From an uncultured Candidatus Saccharibacteria bacterium (GTDB lineage Bacteria; Patescibacteriota; Minisyncoccia; Phycocordibacterales; JABMNX01), in the NCBI GenBank assembly GCA_964575755.1, contig CAZNRH010000001.1:17100-81099 (forward strand): a DNA stretch of 64,000 nt, read 5' to 3'. The position numbers were made by a program, and so were the translations under genes. The notes under the pieces were generated by a model. The model ran no database searches and was not told the origin of the DNA. It was given only the letters and a program-made list of their open reading frames with translations. Position 1 is the first letter of the stretch. Every line of letters begins with the position of its first letter. This document shows, piece by piece, positions 27,752 through 35,957 of the stretch.

Positions 27752-30286
27752 ATGATTTTTCTAAAAAAACTGTTTACAGTAGACGAACACAAGAAAGAGC
27801 TCAAAAAGCTTAGTCCTATTGTTGAAAAAATTAATGGACTTGAGGAGTCTTTTAGTGTTCTTTCTGATTCAGATTTAAAAAACAAAACGGAAGAGTTTAA
27901 AAAGCGCCTTATGGAGGGTGAGTCATTAGACGACATACTTCCAGAAGCATTTGCCGCAGTAAGAGAAGCCGCTAAGAGAACACTTGATCAAAGACATTTC
28001 GATGTACAACTTCTTGGGGGTATTACCTTACATAAGGGAAATATTTCAGAAATGAGAACAGGAGAAGGAAAGACTCTTGTAGCAACACTCCCTGCATATT
28101 TGAACGCATTGTCAGGCCTTGGGGTGCATGTAGTTACAGTAAACGACTACCTTTCAAGACGTGACGGCGTTTGGATGGGACAGATTTATACATTTCTAGG
28201 TTTGTCGGTTGGTGTAATAAACCAAGAATCTTCTTTCCTGTATGACAAGACAATCACACAGGATACAAAAGAAGACGAAGAGCGTGACGAATTAGGTTCA
28301 TTTAAAGTCGTGCATGAGTTTTTACGTCCAAGTACAAGGAGAGAGTCATATGAGGCAGACATAACATACGGCACAAACAACGAATTTGGTTTTGATTATC
28401 TTCGCGACAATATCGAATACGAAACAAGTTCACTACGACAACGTGGACACAATTTCGTAGTAGTAGATGAAATAGACTCTATTTTAATAGACGAAGCGCG
28501 GACACCTTTAATCATCTCAGCACCTACAGCAGATCCAGAAAACCTGTATGCAATGTTTGCAGGAATAGTAGCTAATCTTAAAATAGAAGAAGACTTTGTT
28601 GTAGATGAGAAACAAAAGGCTATTTCACTAACAGATACAGGAATAGAAAAAACAGAAAAGATATTAGGTATAGATAATATTTACACAGATAAAGGAGTGA
28701 AGTATGTACACCACCTAGAAACTGCAGTTCGAGCTAAGGCACTATTTGATAAAGATAAAGAATATGTCGTAAAAGACGATGAGGTCGTTATTGTAGATGA
28801 GTTTACAGGGCGGCTTCAGCCAGGACGTCGTTGGTCTGAGGGCCTCCATCAGGCGATAGAAGCAAAAGAAGGCGTGTCAGTTCAAAAAGAATCACGTACA
28901 TTCGCATCTATTACATACCAAAACTATTTCAGACTATACAACAAGCTTGCAGGTATGACAGGTACAGCGCTCACATCTTCAGAAGAGTTTTATAAAGTGT
29001 ACGGTCTTACAGTGGTATCAATACCAACCAATGTAGATCCAAAGAGATTAGACCAAGAAGATCTAATCTATCAGAGTGAAGTAGGAAAGTTTAAAGCAAT
29101 AGCCAAGAAAGTAAAAGAGCTCAACAAAGAAGGTCAACCAGTACTTATAGGTACAGTATCAATAGAGAAAAATGAATTACTCAGTTCTTTTCTTAAAAAA
29201 GAAGGAGTACAGCATAAAACATTAAATGCAAAGAACCACGAAAACGAAGGAGAAATCATCGCGCAGTCAGGAAGTAAGGGTAATGTAACCATAGCCACAA
29301 ACATGGCAGGGCGCGGAGTCGATATCAAACTTGGTGGAAACCCAGGTGGAGAAGAAGAATATGAGGAAGTAAAAAAGCTCGGCGGGCTCTTTGTACTCGG
29401 CACAGAGCGCCATGAAGCACGGCGTATAGACAACCAATTACGTGGACGTTCAGGAAGACAGGGTGACCCAGGAGAAACTCAGTTTTTTGTTTCCCTAGAA
29501 GACTCACTTATGCGAGTGTTCGCTTCAGATATGATTAAGCGTATGATGGGGCGTTTTGGCATACCAGAAGATCAACCAATAGAAAATAAAATGATTACGC
29601 GTTCGCTTGAGTCAGCACAGACAAAGATAGAAGGTTTTCATTTTGATTCACGAAAACACGTACTGCAGTATGACGACATTTTAAATCAACAAAGAACAAT
29701 TATATATAAAAGAAGAAGGGGAATATTACAAGGAGAAAAAAACGATGTATTACTTGCTATAGACAGTGTTATAGGGGGAGATACACACCTACTTAAAACA
29801 GTTGGAGATAAAAAAGAGTTGTTAGGGGAAGACGAGTTTGTTTCTACAGTACGAAGAATGCTGCTGCAAACAATCGATATGCTGTGGGTAGAGCATCTTG
29901 AGATGATGGATTACATGCGTTCAAGTGTAAATCTACGTGCATATGGTCAGCGCGACCCACTTGTAGAATACAAAAAGGAGGGATTGCGTATGTTTAAAGA
30001 GATGGAAGAGTCATACAAACATCAAATCAGAAGCGTATTACCGAATATCGGTGTAAACGCATTCGTAAAAGAAGAACAGAAAATGAAAGAAGTCCACGAT
30101 AGTGCAAAACTAATCAGTAGTAACGTACAAAAGAACGGCCCAACTGATCCTTTAAAGAATACAAATAAAATAGGTAGAAACGACATGGTTACAATTACAG
30201 ACGGTAAAGATACAAAAGAAATGAAGTACAAAAAAGCACAACATCTTATAGAAAGTGGCGAGTGGAGTATAAAAAATGAAGAGTGA
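27752..30286 (+). CDS. secA: Preprotein translocase ATPase SecA
   Basis: MRTGEGKTLVATLPAYLNAL Walker A, DEAD-like helicase motifs, LGGLFVLGTERHEARRIDNQLRGRSGRQGDPG. No C-terminal zinc finger. Confidence 0.95.
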   Translation: MIFLKKLFTVDEHKKELKKLSPIVEKINGLEESFSVLSDSDLKNKTEEFKKRLMEGESLDDILPEAFAAVREAAKRTLDQRHFDVQLLGGITLHKGNISEMRTGEGKTLVATLPAYLNALSGLGVHVVTVNDYLSRRDGVWMGQIYTFLGLSVGVINQESSFLYDKTITQDTKEDEERDELGSFKVVHEFLRPSTRRESYEADITYGTNNEFGFDYLRDNIEYETSSLRQRGHNFVVVDEIDSILIDEARTPLIISAPTADPENLYAMFAGIVANLKIEEDFVVDEKQKAISLTDTGIEKTEKILGIDNIYTDKGVKYVHHLETAVRAKALFDKDKEYVVKDDEVVIVDEFTGRLQPGRRWSEGLHQAIEAKEGVSVQKESRTFASITYQNYFRLYNKLAGMTGTALTSSEEFYKVYGLTVVSIPTNVDPKRLDQEDLIYQSEVGKFKAIAKKVKELNKEGQPVLIGTVSIEKNELLSSFLKKEGVQHKTLNAKNHENEGEIIAQSGSKGNVTIATNMAGRGVDIKLGGNPGGEEEYEEVKKLGGLFVLGTERHEARRIDNQLRGRSGRQGDPGETQFFVSLEDSLMRVFASDMIKRMMGRFGIPEDQPIENKMITRSLESAQTKIEGFHFDSRKHVLQYDDILNQQRTIIYKRRRGILQGEKNDVLLAIDSVIGGDTHLLKTVGDKKELLGEDEFVSTVRRMLLQTIDMLWVEHLEMMDYMRSSVNLRAYGQRDPLVEYKKEGLRMFKEMEESYKHQIRSVLPNIGVNAFVKEEQKMKEVHDSAKLISSNVQKNGPTDPLKNTNKIGRNDMVTITDGKDTKEMKYKKAQHLIESGEWSIKNEE

Positions 30287-30312
30287 ATGTTCGAAGCTAA
30301 GCTTCGAACATT
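30286..30312 (+). repeat. REP-like palindrome aatgttcgaagct-a-agcttcgaacatt
   Basis: Perfect 13-bp arms. Overlaps the last base of the secA stop codon. Confidence 0.6.
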
Positions 30313-30412
30313 TTAAACAAACAAGGACATTCGATGTTCATAAATCAAAAAAATATGAGATCAAAAGAAGAATTGCATCATTTTAATTGCAAAGAGTGCG
30401 GTAAATGGTAGA

Positions 30413-30435
30413 TGTTCGAAGCTTAGCTTCGAACA
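30413..30435 (+). repeat. REP-like palindrome tgttcgaagct-t-agcttcgaaca (inverted partner of 30286)
   Basis: Same family. Its centre is the reverse complement of the first copy. The pair brackets a 100-nt spacer. Confidence 0.6.
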
Positions 30436-30477
30436 CTCTGAACAAGATTGTTCGTTTTCTGTTATACTGCTTTATAT

Positions 30478-30960
30478 ATGGCAGAAGACGTTTCAGACAA
30501 ACTCCACGAAATTCCTGTTACAGCGATTATTACTAAGGACGGCAAGTACCTAATTATACGTCGTGCGAAAACCAAGAAGAAATTCCCAGGTATGTGGTGT
30601 GTTCCAGGCGGACGCTTGGAAGTTTCAGATTATAAAGATTTACCAAAAGATACTAACCATCACTGGTTTAACATTGTAGAAAAAACACTCCGAAGAGAGG
30701 TAGAAGAAGAAGTTGGTCTTCAGATTGATAACATAGATTATCTAACAAGTCTTGCAATGATTGTTGGAGAGTATCCTTCATTAATTCTTTCTTTCACGGC
30801 AGATTATAAAAGTGGAGAAGTAACACTCCAAGAAGAAGAGCTTGATAAAGCGCAGTGGGTAACACTCGAAGAAGCTAAAGAATACAATCTGATAGAAGGT
30901 ATTTATGATCAGCTTGTGATGGCTAATGATCAAGTGAAGAGGATTAAAAGTGATTTATAA
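30478..30960 (+). CDS. NUDIX hydrolase
   Basis: Nudix box GGRLEVSDYKD...TLRREVEEEVGL. ATG at 30478 (MAEDVSDKL) preferred. Confidence 0.7.
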   Translation: MAEDVSDKLHEIPVTAIITKDGKYLIIRRAKTKKKFPGMWCVPGGRLEVSDYKDLPKDTNHHWFNIVEKTLRREVEEEVGLQIDNIDYLTSLAMIVGEYPSLILSFTADYKSGEVTLQEEELDKAQWVTLEEAKEYNLIEGIYDQLVMANDQVKRIKSDL

Positions 30961-30981
30961 ATAATAATAATTAAAGATTAT

Positions 30982-31542
30982 ATGGAGAAAATATCTATAC
31001 CAGTATTACTTGGAACAGGGCGTGTTGATAACTCATCGAAGCTAGTAGCAGACTTTGTCACACAACAAGTAGAAAAGAACGAAAAGATAGAAACACAACT
31101 AGTTCAAGTAGAAGATTTTAAATACACAGAGACAACACCACCGTGGGGAAGTGGCGGTACAGATGAATCACCAACCAAATGGAAAGAAATAATGACAAAA
31201 GCAGATGGACTTATTATTGTTGTACCAGAATACAATCACGGATATCCTGGAGAGCTCAAGTTAGTATTAGATTCACTATATAAAGAATACGAAAAGAAGC
31301 CAGTATTACTATGTGGAGTTTCAGCTGGTGGTCTAGGAGGGGCACGTGTCGTTGAGAATATGTTACCAGTAATGATAGGACTTAAAATGGTACCGATTCC
31401 AAGTACATTATATTTCTCTGGAGTAGGTAAACTCTTTAATAAAGACGGGTTAATTCAAGAAGAAGGACATGAAGAGCGTATAGCAAAAGCGCTCACGGAG
31501 CTTATATCGTACGCAGACACTCTAAAGAAAGCCCGTTCCTAG
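30982..31542 (+). CDS. NADPH-dependent FMN reductase / flavodoxin-like fold protein
   Basis: IIVVPEYNHGYPGELKLVLD matches the NADPH-dependent FMN reductase motif. Confidence 0.65.
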   Translation: MEKISIPVLLGTGRVDNSSKLVADFVTQQVEKNEKIETQLVQVEDFKYTETTPPWGSGGTDESPTKWKEIMTKADGLIIVVPEYNHGYPGELKLVLDSLYKEYEKKPVLLCGVSAGGLGGARVVENMLPVMIGLKMVPIPSTLYFSGVGKLFNKDGLIQEEGHEERIAKALTELISYADTLKKARS

Positions 31543-31581
31543 AGATGATATAAAGTTAGATATAAGGTAATATAAATACAA

Positions 31582-31917
31582 ATGGGGATAATCACAAAAC
31601 TACTTATAACAGTACTAGCACTACTTCTGGTATCACAATACGTACCGGGTATTACTGTTGCGAGCTTCTATATTGCGCTTATTGTTGCAGTGGTGCTCGG
31701 ATTAGTTAATCTTATATTAAAGCCAATCCTTGTTATTTTAACGTTGCCAATAACACTTCTAACATTAGGTTTGTTCACATTTGTCATAAATGCACTTTTG
31801 TTTTGGTTCGTTTCTACTTTTATAGATGGATTTGTTGTAGATGGATTTATCTCAGCATTCATTGGAGCATTCTTTGTTGCAGGAGCGCACTACCTTGCTG
31901 AGAAGTTTGTAGACTAA
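31582..31917 (+). CDS. DUF360 / phage-holin-4-2 family membrane protein
   Basis: LPGITVASFYIALIVAVVLGLVNLILKPILVILTLPITLLTLGLFTFVINALLFW...GFVVDGF matches the PF04020 pattern (LPG..v......al.lgllN...rPil..lTLP.t.lTlGlf..viNal). Confidence 0.7.
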   Translation: MGIITKLLITVLALLLVSQYVPGITVASFYIALIVAVVLGLVNLILKPILVILTLPITLLTLGLFTFVINALLFWFVSTFIDGFVVDGFISAFIGAFFVAGAHYLAEKFVD

Positions 31918-31922
31918 ATATT

Positions 31923-32588
31923 ATGTCTAAAAATAGAGATACAATGATAGAAGTAAGTCTTTTTCTGATACTTATAGCTTTTGTACTCGCATTCTTTTTT
32001 AATGATGTAGCAGTATCATTTGTCAGTGGATATATAGGAGAGAATTATATTCTGAGTATATTTTTGTTTATATTTATAATATTCAGTGCCACAGTTGTTG
32101 CACCACTCACCACAATCCCGTTTATTGCACCAATAGGCGTTTTATTTTTTGGTCCATTTTGGACTGCAGTATTTGCAATCATAGGGTGGGCAACAGGCGC
32201 TGTTGTAGCATTTCAAATTTCACGACATGTCGGACGTAATATACTTTCTCGCTTTGTAAGTCTTGATAAATTAGACGCATATCAAAAATATATACCGGAG
32301 AACACAGAGTTTGTGTCCCTCGTATGTTTACGCCTTTTTTTGTCGGTAGACATCCTCAGTTACGCAGTGGGTTTATTTAGTCGCATTTCTCTGGTAAAGT
32401 ACACCATTGCTACGATTATCGGAATAACACCATTCTCATTCATTATTTCTTATGGGGTGAGTGCTGTACTAGTAAAAGACACTAAGATTATGATTTATAG
32501 TGCGGTTGCAGGTATTGTATTATTAGTATCAGTATTTATATATTATTCTAGAAATATAGCGAAAAAAGAGGAAATAATGGACAAATAA
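31923..32588 (+). CDS. DedA/TVP38/TMEM64-family membrane protein
   Basis: PLTTIPFIAPIGVLFFGPFW...IGWATGAVVAFQISRHVGRNIL matches the SNARE-associated/DedA core. Confidence 0.6.
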   Translation: MSKNRDTMIEVSLFLILIAFVLAFFFNDVAVSFVSGYIGENYILSIFLFIFIIFSATVVAPLTTIPFIAPIGVLFFGPFWTAVFAIIGWATGAVVAFQISRHVGRNILSRFVSLDKLDAYQKYIPENTEFVSLVCLRLFLSVDILSYAVGLFSRISLVKYTIATIIGITPFSFIISYGVSAVLVKDTKIMIYSAVAGIVLLVSVFIYYSRNIAKKEEIMDK

Positions 32589-32589
32589 C

Positions 32590-33570
32590 ATGAAATTTAT
32601 AGACGAAATAACATTAACAGTAAAAGCAGGAAACGGCGGCAGCGGCGTCGTTAGATGGCTCCAACAAAGAGGAAATCCTCGAGGTGGTCCTGTTGGTGGA
32701 GACGGTGGCAGTGGTGCAGACGTGTACGCGAAAGCAGTACGCGACATAAACATACTTTCCAAATACAGAGGAGATACGGATTTCGTCGCAGAAAACGGAG
32801 GAGACGGTGGCAGGTTAAGTAGACATGGAAAGAACGGAGACACGTTGTACATAAAGTTGCCAATAGGATCAATTATAAAAAATACCGAGACAGGGGAGAC
32901 GTTTGAGTTGCTAGAAGACGGGCAAGAAACGATAATGCTCTCAGGGGGGCGTGGGGGGCTCGGTAACGAGCATTTTAAGAGCTCAGTAAATGTAGTACCA
33001 AAACAAAGCACGAAGGGTAAGCAAGGTGGCTACGCAAAGTTTGAAATAGAGCTATCTTTAATAGCTGATGCAGGTTTTATAGGATTACCAAATGCAGGTA
33101 AATCTAGTCTACTAAACACAATAACCAAAGCAGATGCAAAAGTCGGTAGTTATCAATTCACAACTCTAGACCCAAACCTGGGAGATTTTTACGGGTTTAT
33201 TCTCGCAGACATACCAGGGATAATCGAAGGAGCATCAGAGGGTAAAGGTCTAGGACATAAGTTTCTTAAGCACATAACACGAACGAAAATACTTGTTCAT
33301 TGTATATCACTTGAAAGTGAAGATGTGGTAGAAGACTATCAAACTATTCGTAATGAACTAATTTCATATAACAAAGAGCTCGGAGATAAGAAAGAAATAA
33401 TAATACTCACCAAGAGTGATTTAGTTTCAGATGAAAAATTAAAAAGCGTACAAGACACTCTATCTAAAGAAACACAGAGCAACATCGTCCATATGTCTAT
33501 TCTGGATGACGAGTTAGTTAAAAGTTTTTCAGACACACTCACCTTGTTACTTCAAAAGGGAAGCGAATAA
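32590..33570 (+). CDS. obg: GTPase Obg/CgtA
   Basis: MKFIDEITLTVKAGNGGSGVV Obg fold N-terminus, glycine-rich repeats, G1 ADAGFIGLPNAGKSSLL, G3 DIPG. Confidence 0.95.
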   Translation: MKFIDEITLTVKAGNGGSGVVRWLQQRGNPRGGPVGGDGGSGADVYAKAVRDINILSKYRGDTDFVAENGGDGGRLSRHGKNGDTLYIKLPIGSIIKNTETGETFELLEDGQETIMLSGGRGGLGNEHFKSSVNVVPKQSTKGKQGGYAKFEIELSLIADAGFIGLPNAGKSSLLNTITKADAKVGSYQFTTLDPNLGDFYGFILADIPGIIEGASEGKGLGHKFLKHITRTKILVHCISLESEDVVEDYQTIRNELISYNKELGDKKEIIILTKSDLVSDEKLKSVQDTLSKETQSNIVHMSILDDELVKSFSDTLTLLLQKGSE

Positions 33571-33573
33571 ACC

Positions 33574-33612
33574 CATCATAATGTGCGAAGCTTAGCTTCG
33601 CACATTATGATG
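33574..33612 (+). repeat. 39-nt perfect palindrome catcataatgtgcgaagct-t-agcttcgcacattatgatg
   Basis: 19-bp arms. Starts 4 nt after the obg stop codon. Confidence 0.65.
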
Positions 33613-33638
33613 ATAATTACATGGTAGTATAAATCTAT

Positions 33639-34304
33639 ATGAGGAAGATTATTTTTGCACAAGGTGAATATTACCACCTCTTTTGTCGAGGAAATAACAA
33701 ACAAACCATATTTCGAGATAATCGTGATAAGATACGTTTTTTATTTCTTATTTTAAATTTCCAATCTCCGATGACACATAATAACTTAGGGCGTTATGTC
33801 AATAATTATGTTAAAGATTCAACTTTTAATATAAAAGACGAGGATATTGATACCATGATTGAAGATAGATATGTTGAATTAGTTAGCTTTGCGTTAATGC
33901 CTAATCACTTTCATCTTATTGTTAAAGAAGTCGAAGATAAAGGAGTATCTCAATACATGCATAGAGTATTGACTTCATACACTAAGTATTTTAATGCCAA
34001 ACATGAGCATACAGGACATTTATTTCAAGGCTCATATGGAGCTGTACATGTCAGCGATAATGAACAACTGCTTTATTTGTCAGCATACATACATAGAAAT
34101 CCTCGAGATATAAAAAAGTGGTTTAATAAAGAAAGAGAGTACTACTGGTCAAGCTATCAAGATTATATTAATAAAAATCGTTGGGGTAAATTACTTGAGA
34201 ACAGCATAATAATAGATCAATTTAAAGACGGTAAAGATTACGATGGGGAAGTACAACAAAGCGGAGCAAAAGAATTACTTGATGAGAAACACACAATAAT
34301 TTAA
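33639..34304 (+). CDS. IS200-like / REP-associated tyrosine transposase (RAYT-like, HUH Y1)
   Basis: GEYYHLFCRGNNKQTIF N-terminus, HuH motif MPNHFHLIV, catalytic-Tyr region QLLYLSAYIHRNP. Paralog of 47358-48029. Confidence 0.6.
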   Translation: MRKIIFAQGEYYHLFCRGNNKQTIFRDNRDKIRFLFLILNFQSPMTHNNLGRYVNNYVKDSTFNIKDEDIDTMIEDRYVELVSFALMPNHFHLIVKEVEDKGVSQYMHRVLTSYTKYFNAKHEHTGHLFQGSYGAVHVSDNEQLLYLSAYIHRNPRDIKKWFNKEREYYWSSYQDYINKNRWGKLLENSIIIDQFKDGKDYDGEVQQSGAKELLDEKHTII

Positions 34305-34309
34305 CTATC

Positions 34310-34340
34310 AAAATGTGCGAAGCTTAGCTTCGCACATTTT
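34310..34340 (+). repeat. 31-nt palindrome aaaatgtgcgaagct-t-agcttcgcacatttt
   Basis: Same core as the left palindrome. Starts 6 nt after the transposase stop. Confidence 0.65.
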
Positions 34341-34434
34341 GATCAAAGTACACTTTGTTTTTTGATAGAGGGAATAGAGTCGTAATAGTGAAGTAGTGGA
34401 AGAGGATGGGAGTATTTGTTATAGTATTCCTACA

Positions 34435-35850
34435 ATGGAATCTAAATATACACCAACCATAGGTCTTGAAATACACGCAGAGCTCAAAACAAAGACAAAG
34501 ATGTTTTGTAATTCAAAGAACGATCCAGATGAAAAACGTCCTAATGTAAATGTGTGTTCGGTGTGTATGGCGCACCCAGGAACACTTCCGGTTATAAATA
34601 AAGAAGCTGTTAAGCATGTGCTTAAAGTTGGTCTAGCGCTTGGTGGAGAGTTGGCAGACTTCACAGAGTTCGATAGAAAAAATTATTTCTATCCAGACAT
34701 CCCTAAAGGCTATCAAATCAGTCAGTACAAGTACCCACTTATATCAGGTGGAAGTATTAATGGTATAGAGATTACACGGATTCATCTAGAAGAAGATACT
34801 GCACGTTCAACTCACGACAAAGGAGAAAAAAGTCTAGTAGATTTCAACCGTGCAGGCATCCCACTTATGGAGCTGGTTACAGAGCCAGTCATCACAAATG
34901 CAAAAGATGCTAGTGACTTTGCTAAAGAGTTGCAATTACTTTTACGATATCTCGGGGCAGGAGACGCAAATATGGAAAAGGGCGAGATGCGAGTAGAAGC
35001 AAATATCTCAGTGAGTAGTACAGGCAAAATGGGTACCAAAGTCGAGATTAAGAACTTAAACTCCTTTAAAGTAGTAGAGAAATCAGTCGAATACGAGATA
35101 TCTCGGCAGATTAAGGTATTAGAAGAGGATGGAGAAGTAGTTCAGGAAACACGAGGGTGGGATGAAAACAAACAAATAACCTTTTCTCAAAGAATTAAAG
35201 AGGAGTCACATGACTATCGCTATATGCCTGACCCAGATTTACCTAAGTTAAAAATCTCGGAGTTACAGGATTTCGATAAAAATGAGTTAAAAAGAGAAAT
35301 ACCAGAACTTCCGTGGAAGAAGAGAAATTATTATATGAACGATCTCGGTATTAAAAAACAGGACGCTGATCTGTTTGTAAACAATAAAGCATACAGAACT
35401 CTTTTAGATGAGTATGTAATCCCTTCTTTTAAAGAAAATAGTAAAAGATTTAGCTTAGCAGTTAACTATATCGCTTCTGATGTTGTTGGGATGACTTCTC
35501 GACTTGGCGAGAATAGCGTACCTCTTGGTTCTAATTTTACTGAATTAATAGAGATGATCAGTGCTAATGAGGTCTCGTCTCGTGGAGGAAAAGACATACT
35601 TCAAATACTTTTGTCAGAAGGAGGCGACCCGAGAAAAGTTGCAGAGTCGGGCGGACTACTTCAGGAAAATGACAAAGACAAATTACAAAAACTTATAGAC
35701 GAAATAATATCCGAGAATAGAGAAGTTGTAGAAGATTACAAAAAAGGGAAGGAAGCATCTCTACAATTCTTAATAGGGCAAGGGATGAAAAAGAGCAAAG
35801 GCTCGGCTAACCCAGAATTATTAAAAACTATTTTACTTAAATCTATTTAA
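34435..35850 (+). CDS. gatB: Asp-tRNA(Asn)/Glu-tRNA(Gln) amidotransferase subunit B
   Basis: MESKYTPTIGLEIHAELKTKTKMFC N-terminus, GatB catalytic core and C-terminal GatB/YqeY domain. The ORF-track start at 34396 adds 13 non-conserved residues. Confidence 0.9.
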   Translation: MESKYTPTIGLEIHAELKTKTKMFCNSKNDPDEKRPNVNVCSVCMAHPGTLPVINKEAVKHVLKVGLALGGELADFTEFDRKNYFYPDIPKGYQISQYKYPLISGGSINGIEITRIHLEEDTARSTHDKGEKSLVDFNRAGIPLMELVTEPVITNAKDASDFAKELQLLLRYLGAGDANMEKGEMRVEANISVSSTGKMGTKVEIKNLNSFKVVEKSVEYEISRQIKVLEEDGEVVQETRGWDENKQITFSQRIKEESHDYRYMPDPDLPKLKISELQDFDKNELKREIPELPWKKRNYYMNDLGIKKQDADLFVNNKAYRTLLDEYVIPSFKENSKRFSLAVNYIASDVVGMTSRLGENSVPLGSNFTELIEMISANEVSSRGGKDILQILLSEGGDPRKVAESGGLLQENDKDKLQKLIDEIISENREVVEDYKKGKEASLQFLIGQGMKKSKGSANPELLKTILLKSI

Positions 35851-35957
35851 CTTAAAAGTTTATATAAATCAAAGCCAGTTCGCCTATACGGAGTCTGTTT
35901 ATTGTTATTATTTACAATCCCCACACACAATCTTTTTTACGTTGTTGTATCGTTTAT

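Larger units (their letters stand above)
33574..34340 (+). mobile_element. REP-RAYT unit: IS200-like Y1 transposase gene bracketed by palindromes of the cgaagcttagcttcg family
   Basis: Left palindrome 33574-33612, transposase 33639-34304, right palindrome 34310-34340. Confidence 0.6.

Noticed and set aside
27752-30286. Alternative genetic code (UGA recoding) as in some small-genome candidate phyla
   Set aside because: secA, obg and other conserved genes end at TGA at the expected positions, and full-length conserved proteins are obtained under the standard code.
30330-30409. 26-aa ORF (MFINQKNMRSKEELHHFNCKECGKW) between the REP doublet
   Set aside because: Too short, no RBS evident, and it lies in a REP spacer. 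Its Cys pair could be coincidental.
31582-31917. Prophage inferred from the holin-family gene
   Set aside because: DUF360/holin-4-2 proteins are widespread stand-alone membrane proteins. No terminase, capsid, portal or integrase genes are nearby. The tail-fibre-like repeats in the 37519 gene are not accompanied by other phage structural genes.
32529-33011. 160-aa minus-strand ORF overlapping obg, and similar antisense ORFs in other conserved genes (2307-2756, 50035-50562, 53125-53580)
   Set aside because: They are fully embedded antisense to strongly supported conserved genes (obg, GT4, gap, tkt). Pro/Ser-rich low-complexity translations typical of antisense frames.
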